Shown piece by piece: positions 51,935 through 61,250 of a stretch of DNA of 64,000 bases. The position numbers were made by a program, and so were the translations under genes. The notes below the pieces were generated by a model. The model searched no databases, had not been told where the DNA came from, and saw only the letters and a list, made by a program, of their open reading frames with translations. The first letter of the stretch is position 1, and every line of letters starts with the position of its first letter. Source of the stretch: Paragordius varius (taxonomy: Eukaryota > Animalia > Nematomorpha); the NCBI GenBank assembly GCA_964247055.1, contig OZ176052.1:12462001-12526000 (forward strand), given 5' to 3'.

Positions 51935-54851
51935 ATGGAGACATGTGATTTTAAAACAGGGGCCTTGGTTTTTGCCAAAGTAAAGGGATACCCTCATTGG
52001 CCAGGAAGAATTGAATCGCCGAAAAATATTGAAAAAGTAAAAAAGGGAAAATATTGGATATATTTTTTTGGGACTCATGAATAGTATCACCAATTATAAT
52101 TTATAGTTACTCGCTTGGAAAAAAAGATATATTTGAATACACTGCTTTTAAAGATAAATTTGGATCTAAAAGAAAAAATAAAGGTTTTAACGAAGCTCTT
52201 ATTGAAATTGAAGATGAATATCAGCGTAATGAATTGGTTACAAAGGAAAATGCTCTTACCACTTCACAGCAACCTATCGATGAACCAAATATCGATAAAA
52301 CTCCTATTAAAACTGAAATTAATTCAGATACAAATCCGATAGAAAATACGAAACCTACATATAGAGTCACTCGATCCGGTAGGCAGGTTAAAAACCCAAA
52401 ATGGTTTGAAGATCAGATTAGCGAATACATACCTAATATCATTGTAAATTTTTTGCCTAAACCTTAGAATCCTGAACCAATTTCACAAAATGACATTGCA
52501 TCCGAAAAAGCTAATTATGTGTTTACCAATAAAAATACCATTTATAATCATGCCATAAATCAAGTATTTTTCACCATATATTATTTCAGCTCACCATTAA
52601 TCGCATTAAACGAAAATATGATGCGTTGCAGCCTAAATATCAAAAAATTGAACGTGCACCTGTTAATTTGGGGCTTCAGAGGCCAGTTACACCTCAAGAG
52701 GTAAAATTTCACATTTTTTCATTTATTTAATGCATATAAACAAATTATTTTTTTAGCAAGAAAATGTCATCAATAAATCTCTTGTAACGAACTTGCCATT
52801 AAAATCGTCTGCTTCCATTACATTACCCACCACCACTCTTTTACCAAGAAAAAATTTTAGAGTAAAATGTGGTGGAAGTAGTTTAAATATGAATCAAACA
52901 TTTTTTGAATTTGACGAAAACGTAAATGCCAACACCATAAATCCTGTTTACGAATCAGAAAAAAATTCTCAAATCAAAGCTTCCATAAGCATAAAAAGCG
53001 ACAAAGATGGCTTAACTTCGATTAAGACAAGTGCGAAATGGAAAGACGAAATTCCAATTTATCACAACTGTATAAAAATGGTATTTTATTTATTCCATTT
53101 ATAACTTAGAATTTATCATCACTTACTGCCCCGAATTCTGATGAATACATATCAAAAATCAAACACAATAAGAGGTTGTTTTGGGTCATATATAATATTC
53201 AGATTAATGATTGAGAAAATGAAACGTCGCAAATTAATGGAAAAGCTTGAGAAAAAGAAACGGGAATTAAATGGTATAAAATTTTTATTATGTGTAGTTT
53301 CAAGCGATGAGCAGAAAATTCGAATGATTGATGTGGAAATAAAAAAATCTCTCCGAGCAGGGTCGGTTGATCATCAAAAAGCCTATGAACTTTTGGAAAA
53401 ATTGGAATCACTAAACTTTTTAAAATATATTCAAAAAATACCTGATTTGTTAGTTACCCTAAAAAAGGTTTGACATTGTGTTCATAATATTTTTAGATAA
53501 GACATTACAAGGATGATGAGCAAATACGAACAAAAGCAAACATACTTTTTGTTAAATGCAAGGATTATTTTAAGAGCTCCGCAAAAAGCATTGAAAACCT
53601 AAATTCCGAACAGAATCAAAAATTAACCGAACAAAAAGATCAAGTATTTTCATACGCACAGATTATTTATTAATGACACAATAATGATAGAATATTTTGT
53701 GCGAAATTTATTTAAGATTATAAATTATTGGATTAGGATATTATATTGTAAAAATAGTTAAAGAGACAAAATTAATTTTAAGCCCAGATAATCATTGTTT
53801 TTCTCGAATTTCTGTGTTTCAATGCTTTTTGTCAAATATCTATTTATGATCCTTTTATTTAGGGCTTCTAAATAAAATAGGTTCCCCTTTCTTTGAATCG
53901 AAATCGTTAAAATAAGCAGATCTTGCAAAAAAATCTATTATTTTAAGATATGGTTTATTTTTACAAAGTTGTTAAATAGTTATAATTAATATTCATTTTT
54001 AGTCGATAGAATCGAGAATCGCGACAGGTATAAACCTAGAAAAACAATTGATAGAATTAATCAAAAATGAAACGGCAAAATCTATTCCTCTCGATTCTCA
54101 AAAACCTTATGAAATGTTGAGTCAAACATTACAAGCCATAGGATTACTGAAATCCAACACTATTACTACATCACCAAGTCAAGAAAAATTTAAATTTCCA
54201 TACTTTTGGGATGCATTTTTCGCTGATAATTTTTTCCTTGCGTCTGAAAAGGAAACGCTTTCAAGCCAAACCTCTCAAACTATCACAAACATCGAAACAG
54301 AAACTGAGGATATTGAGTGCGTCTTTTCCCCCGATGATATAAGTATACTTGTTGAGGAGGAGAATAAAAGTTTCGACTTATATACAACTAATGAAGCTAT
54401 TTTTGAACTTCCTAAAGAACCAATTTATTTGGAAAAGATTGTCAGGGATCTCAGTCCCTCCAAAACAACAACAATAACCATTAACCCATCTCCCCTGCCA
54501 AAAGAATTACAGTTGATTGAAGAAAAACCACTTACATACAACACTAAATCTCCAGAAATTGCTCAACCCATTTATAGTCATAGTCACAAATACCGGCGAG
54601 AAAATCATCAAATGCCCCAGAAAATTGTTGTACCAAGCATAGTTGATTACAAACGCATCCCTAAAACCGAATTTTATGAAGCCTTTGATATGGACCAATA
54701 TCAAGAACTGATGACAATTAAAGCTCGCCGTCGACGGAATGGTTTGCTTGCCAACGAAGCGGAATTGTGTAATCCGAAGGGGAGACCTTCATTCCTTCTC
54801 AAATGGGACGATGAAACAAACGATGATTATGAGGTATTTTTATTGGACTAA
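51935..54851 (+). CDS. PSIP1: LEDGF/p75-HDGFL2-like PWWP plus integrase-binding-domain protein; exons 51935-52083, 52107-52443, 52468-52563, 52590-52700, 52757-53080, 53110-53174, 53203-53273, 53298-53467, 53497-53643, 54003-54851 (last exon inferred)
   Basis: PWWP: [18 protein letters not shown]...[16 protein letters not shown]...[12 protein letters not shown]: [12 protein letters not shown]...LLVTLKK-IRHYK...[13 protein letters not shown]. Introns 23, 24, 26, 56, 29, 28, 24, 29, 359 nt, all in frame. The final exon could splice further at 54834. Confidence 0.88.
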
Positions 54852-55445
54852 AATTACATATAAAAGCTTTTTTTACCCTTATTTCGGTATCTCACCGTAG
54901 TGTTGGCTAGATAACCTCTTGACAGCATTTTTAAACTATTAGTTCAGTGGAATACTCTTTTTTAAAAATAAGACGCCATTAACTATCTAAATTTTGGGCA
55001 AGCCTTTAATAAAACTCAAATTTATTGTTTTCAATTATCTATTATAAAAATTAATACCATATATATATATATATATTGAGAAATTCGTGCATAATAGATG
55101 TATCACCATACACAAGATCAAAATAACAATGAATCACATGAGAATATTTATGCAAACTTTTACAGGTTTGGGAAAATCAAATAAATCGATAATACTTTTA
55201 TCAGACCAAAATTTCCAACATTTTATGCTTTTAACAGGCATGCTTTCTTTATATTTACGTTTTTATACTAATTCAATTAGAAAGAAGCTATTTTAATATA
55301 CAAAATCAATAAATATATTCATGTGCAAAACATTTGTATGTATGTTGATAAATAAAATTTTAATGGAAACCAAAAAATGCAATAATGACGTACGCAAAAT
55401 TATGCGTTTTTCTTGAAAATATAAAATTTTATACAAATTCTTTTC

Positions 55446-58400
55446 TTATTTTTTTGCACCGACCAATTTCATGAGACCATGTGTGGTGAGAGATTTGGGT
55501 CTTTCCAGAGGGAATCCTAATGCCCGATCCCATGTTAAAGAGGCCAGCACACCCAAAGCCCGAGAAACACCAAACAGCACTGTGTAAAAGTTCATTTCTT
55601 TCATACCAAAGTACTAGAGATAAAAATTTATGTACAGAGCACAAGATTTAATAAATAAAGGCCGTTAAATATGTAAAAAGTCAAAATTTTTAAATTTAAA
55701 ACTTTATTTTTTATATCTGCCCTTAAGTGGAGAAGAAGAGCTTATATCCATATTTTATAACACTTTTTAAGTAAGGTAATTAAGTTAAAAATACGGTTGG
55801 CATTCCTTTTTAAACCCTAAACTGTTAAACAAAAACACACTTACATTAAGTAGCACACCACTGTGAGCATCAACGTTTGGCCAAGGGTTTTTAGCTTTCC
55901 CGTGCTTAAGAAGGATATCAGGAGCTATTTCATACAGCTATTTTAATAAAAAAAAGCGAATAAAAAATTACAAGTGTGAATAATTATATTGTTTAAAACC
56001 TGAGAAACAAGTTTAAACAAGGGATCCTTGGGTAAATGTTGGAGAGCGAATTCTCTTTGACACAAATAGCGAGGATCAGTAGCTCTCAAAACTGCATGTC
56101 CATACCCTGGTATAACCTAAAAACAGATTATTAAACTTAAATTTATTTATAAATTAAAATTTAGGATCAAAATCATATTTATCGAAACACAAAAACCTGA
56201 TATAACACGAGGTATAAGCTTATTAATTTATGACATTTTTAAAATCAAGCGCTTTGTAATATATTTTATTGATACCAAACGTAAAAATTAAACCTGCCCC
56301 TTTTCCAACGTAGACCAAATAAATTTTCCCAACTCTTCTTTCGTCGCATTTGCACCGATTGATTGTTGAAGTTTTTCTATCCACACCAAAACTTCCTAGA
56401 AAATTAATATCAGGTTATATAGTCTTTCATTATAACTCAATTTAAAATTAAAAAGGTTATGATACGGTTCAAAAAATAATATATTCACATCATAAAAATA
56501 CAGGAGTGATAACCCGTTTAAATTAGTTTTAGTTATTTTCAATATTTTATTGATTAAAATTAATGGATATTGAATGAAATATCAAAGTTGCAAAAATAAC
56601 CCATTAAAACATGTTTAACACTGGATAAATATATATTTAACAAAATTTGATTAAAACGGTAGAAGTTTAAGTATCAAAGCATTAATAACAGCTCTACTTA
56701 TTGTTATATTCAAATTCAAAAAAACGGGTAAAAATGCAATATTAGATATGCATTAATACCTGATTGGCTAAACCATGTAAGGGACCAGCAAGACCATTCA
56801 TAGCTGCAGCGAAAGAAAGGTAAGGGTCTGAGAGGGCAGATCCCACTAAATGACATGCATGGGCACTAACATTACCCCCCTCGTGATCACTGCAACATAC
56901 ATAAATAAATAAGACGTAAAAAAGAATGAGATTTTTAACAAAATGAGAAATTGTACGGACAAAACGTAAAAATATAAAGACAAATATTTTTTTCCAAAAA
57001 ACAATCATACTTTTTCAAACCTTAATATTTGCTATATAAAATATTTAATTACAATCGTAAACTACATAATTAATTGTACTACCAATTTACATTTCTATTT
57101 TATATTTTGTAGTTTGAAACAATCAGTTATATTAAATAAAATCAAGATTCGAAAAATATGGTGGTCTTTTAGAAAAAAATATTTGTCTTTTTTTACGTTT
57201 TGTCCGTATAATTTCGATTTTTACTGTAAAAGGCTGGTAATATGATGAAGTGGCCATAGTTTATTTTAACTTAATTTTTCAAAAACTAAAACAAATAGAT
57301 ATGATAAAATAGCGTTGTGAAATGAGGTAAGGGTCACTATCTCTAATAAATTGCCTATGTAAAAAAAATTAGGACTATTCAAAAAAATAATATACCATTT
57401 ACAGTTCAAATTCACCCTAAAAATAAATAATGTGTTTTCGAACTAAAATAAATCATTATTATAATATAAAAATATTTATGGCATGGTTTATTATTTTTCA
57501 GTATTTATTTTAATGTAAAACGAAATTTTCTTTTTAAAAAATATATAAAAATATAGGTAATTTAATCTTAAATAAGATATAATTTATTTGAGGATGTTAA
57601 ATTGTTTAAGGGCGAATTTGAATCGTAAATGATGTATATAACGCATTTATTTTCAAATTTAACTGTAATATAACTTATAATTTACGCATGTATGCACAAA
57701 TACAATCTCATGAGTTCAGTGAAGAAAGGATCTTTGTAACCAAGCATTGAGGTAAAGTTTTGACTCCAATCTTTGTCCATACTTATGGCTCCTGGACTCG
57801 AGCCTTCGCGATAAACATTGCGATATATGATTGCTGCGATGGTCGTTAATTTAGCAATCAAATTCATTGAATCTTCATACGTGTACTAATAAAGAGAAAC
57901 ATAAAATAGCAATTAAAACTTTAAATTCCGCACAACTCTAATATATTGGCCCCCCGGTAAATTTTAAATGGTAATTTTAAAGTTATAAAGATATTGATAG
58001 AGTATATAAAACCGTCATAATTATATACATGACCAAATTAATGTTGTGACCCTTTTATACAATTAAAAAGCAAATAGTTTATAGTTATAAAATTGGATGT
58101 TGTCCTATTATTAATATAATGTACTCTTTTTCATTAAGGCCAAGTAAAGCACTTCTAATAACCATGCGTTCCAATATCAGTATATAATGTATTCAAAAGA
58201 GGCTCATTATTTTAAAAAATGCTGTTTAGTGTCATTTAATTATAAAGAGAAGGTTACCTCCCAATATTTGCTTTTCGGTACACCCGATTGGTAAGCTTTG
58301 GCGAATTCGCTTTCAGTGTTAAGGGCAGTTATAGCTGCTGAAAACTGAGACATGGGGTGCATTTTGGTTGGGAAATTGTTCAACATTGTTACCACATGAG

Positions 58401-58446
58401 AAGGGATTTCAGCACGTTGGGCCCATTCTTTAGAAACGGATTTTAC
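55446..58446 (-). CDS. CS: Citrate synthase, 3' portion; exons 58258-58446, 57686-57885, 56760-56889, 56294-56395, 56000-56116, 55845-55937, 55446-55613; 5' exons not in window
   Basis: [51 protein letters not shown] and LERPKS motifs. Six GT-AG introns (372, 796, 364, 177, 62, 231 nt) are in frame. Confidence 0.96.
56937..57228. mobile_element. MITE family D in CS intron
   Basis: Inverted arms GGACAAAACGTAAAAATATAAAGACAAATAT / ATATTTGTCTTTTTTTACGTTTTGTCC. Right end TTTACTG-TA. Confidence 0.65.
57395..57634. mobile_element. Type C CCATTT MITE in CS intron
   Basis: TATA-CCATTTACAGTTCAAATTCACCC start. Degenerate GGGCGAATTTGAATCGTAAATG right end. Confidence 0.8.
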
Positions 58447-58524
58447 CTTGAGTCGTATATGATTAAATACATAGTATAGTATAAGGATTTTTAAAAACGA
58501 TAAACAAAATATCGTTTTGTTATA

Positions 58525-58834
58525 CCATTTTCACCTCAATTTACCCTGAAACATATCAAATCACTTTTGAACATTTCAAATTAAGCCCACAAAAAAATTG
58601 TTACTGTGTAAAATAACTCATTCTTTAAATTAAATACTTGTTTTTTGTATTTCATATATTAAAATTTAAGAATTTTTCGAATTTAAATGCTTGTGGTTAA
58701 ATAAAAAAGTGCCTATTATTTTGTTATTTTTGAGATAAATTACAAAATGAAAAATGGAATAGAAATAAATTCAAATACAATTATATCTAGGGTGAATTCG
58801 AAGTGTTAATGGTGAATTTGAGGTGGGTAAATGG
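58525..58834. mobile_element. Diverged type C-related CCATTT MITE
   Basis: TATA-CCATTTTCACCTCAATTTACCC ... GGGTGAATTCG...GGTGAATTTGAGGTGGGTAAATGG. Confidence 0.6.
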
Positions 58835-59372
58835 AATATATCTGATGGTTGTATGTTTGTTTAAAAACGATTGACGTATTAAGCTTTAAAAAGCCCATGG
58901 ATAGGAAAAATTGGTTTACTTATAAGTTTATACTTAAAATTGAGGACCTCCGCCAAATATTTTCTTCGCTGTTTTGTTATATAAAATTAATTTACTACAT
59001 TTAAGCAGATTTGATATTTTATAACCTTATTAGTTATTTTTAACATAATGCTAAAATGAAACCGGAACCATTAACTGTGAAATCGAAAAAACAAAAATGA
59101 CTCCTCAAAAGCTAATTGTTTAACTTCAAACTTTTTTACAGGTGTCCTTATTGATATTATCAAGTAAACGTTTAAGTTATGATAAGTATATTATTTAAAT
59201 ATACTTTAAAGAAAAGCAATATAATGTGATTTATAAAATGCACCATGTGTAATTTAAAATCCTTCAAGTACTTTCAAAATACATTTGTTACAACTCGAAA
59301 GCTAAAAAACATTTTAAACTTATAAGAAAAAATAAATCTTAAATACGCCGTCAATATGGTAATAATATATCC

Positions 59373-59465
59373 CAGGGTGGCCAGCCTTTTTCCCACGAGT
59401 TCTTTTTTGGAAAAATGTTTAACGGGGGCACGTATTTAAGTATTAAAAGATTCATTTATCACTTC
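59373..59465 (+). mobile_element. Left-end fragment of the 34247 hAT-like family
   Basis: CAGGGTGGCCAGCCTTTTT...GGGCACGTATTTAAGTATTAAAAGATTCATTTAT matches 34247-34315. Confidence 0.7.
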
Positions 59466-59486
59466 AACACAAATGATGCATATATA

Positions 59487-59836
59487 CCATTTACAGTTCA
59501 AATTCACCCTTAAACAATTCAAATTCACCCTCGAACAATTCAAATTCACCCTCAAATAAATAACATGTTTTTTAAGATTAAAAGTTACCTATATTTTAAT
59601 ATTTTTTTAAAAAATAAAATTTGGTTTTATATTAAAATAATACTGAATAAAATAATTAATTATGCCACAAAGATATATTTTATATTAATAATGAGTTATA
59701 TTTGTTCGAAAACACATAATTTATTTTTAGGGTGAATTTGAATTGTTCGAGGGTGAATTTGAATTGTTCAAGGGTGAATTTGAATTGTTCAAGGGTGAAT
59801 TTGAATTGTTTAAGGGTGAATTTGAACTGTAAATGG
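59487..59836. mobile_element. Type C CCATTT MITE inserted in a TA tract
   Basis: Intact termini, clean 21-bp arrays (about 3 units left, about 5 right), followed by (TA)n. Confidence 0.9.
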
Positions 59837-60259
59837 TATATATATATATATATATACAGTATGCATTTTAATGTCTGTTAAGTAATTTTATTGCCTGCCA
59901 AATAACATAAATGGTTTATCAAAAGCGTAAAATACTGACCCACGAAATTATTTCGTAGTACACATATGAAAGAAGATTGACGTGAGAATTAACATAGGCT
60001 TTAATTTGATGGATTTTGCAATGTTAAATTTTGGGAATATTATAGCAATTTATGTTAACATTTGTAATATTGTTGTTACGTATTTAGATGCGGAATTTTG
60101 TGGGTTTTTATCTTTGATAAATTAATAAATAGTAAAATACGTATTTTAAGATATTTTATATTAATTATTCCTAAATTTAATAATAAATATTTTTCAACAT
60201 GCTAAATACCTGTATTAATTAATCTTGGTATCATAATATTATATAGTTGTTATTACTAA

Positions 60260-61250
60260 TTAAAAAACACAGGTAAATATATATTTGTGAAAATTTAAGT
60301 AGATTTTTGTCTTTTATGTTTTGCATTATTTTTATAAGGTAAAAATTGCGGTTTTTAATAAATTTCCTAAAAATTAAGTTTTTTTTTGTTTTTTAGGTTT
60401 TGCATTGTTAGTTGTAATTAATTACTACATATTTTGGACATTATAATAAATAGAGGTAAAAATTGCGGTTTTTAATAAATTTACTAAAAATTTAGTTTTT
60501 TAGGTTTCGCATTGTTAATTGTAATTAACTACTACATATTTTGGACATTTTAATAATTACAGGTAAAAATTGCGGTTTTTAACAAATTTAGTAAAAATTT
60601 TGTTTATTTTGTTTTTTTAGGTTTTGCATTGTTAATTGTAATTAACTACTACATATTTTGGACATTTTAATAATTACAGGTAAAAATTGCGGTTTTTAAC
60701 AAATTCAGTAAAAATTTAGTTTTTTTTGTTTTTTTAGGTTTTGCATTGTTAATTGTAACTAACTACTGCATATTTTGGACATTATAATAATTACAAAATT
60801 TAGTAAAAAGTTAATTTTTTTGTTTTAGAGGATTTTCATTGTTAATTGTAATTAATTAATTTTGGACATTTCAATTAATAAAGGTAAAAAATGAGGTTGT
60901 TTTTATATTTAATAAAATTTAATATTTTCTTGTTTTTTTATTTAATATTGTTAATTGTAATTAATTACTACATATTTGGAAATTTTGATAAATACAGGTG
61001 AAAATGGCGGTTTTTAACAAATTTCAAATGTAACATTTTTTGTATCTTGTATCATTGTTATTTAATTAATTACTAAATATGGACATTTAAAAAACTTGTG
61101 TAAATTGCGGTTTTTATTAAATTAGTAAATTTTATTTTTTGTTCAACCTTGCTAATTTATTTATTACTATATATTTGTGATATATTGATATATACAGGTA
61201 AAAATTACTATGACTTGCGGTTTTTTGAATTTTTTAAAATATTTTTTTTA
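60260..61250. repeat. Tandem array, unit ~107-117 bp
   Basis: GGTAAAAATTGCGGTTTTT anchors at 60338, 60455, 60562, 60679, ~60883 and 60997. Shared TTTTGCATTGTTAATTGTAATTAACTACTACATATTTTGGACATT block. Degenerates toward both ends. Confidence 0.9.

Noticed and set aside
17282-53496. Micro-introns as introner (transposon-derived) elements; the MITE end AAATG-GTATA mimics a donor site
   Set aside because: The 19 micro-introns share no sequence beyond GT/AG and AT-richness, have no TIRs or TSDs, and several sit at recalled ancestral positions. The MITE's other end supplies no AG.
54-54704. Short antisense/overlapping ORFs (e.g. 54-266, 11697-11921, 19367-19564, 27402-27602, 38119-38337, 40161-40403, 48768-48989, 53199-53411, 54507-54704)
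   Set aside because: They are shadows of real exons on the opposite strand or in another frame, with no independent coding signal.
60260-61250. CRISPR-like appearance of regular repeats (also the 21-bp arrays)
   Set aside because: Units are contiguous tandem copies without unique spacers, the context is eukaryotic, and there are no cas genes.
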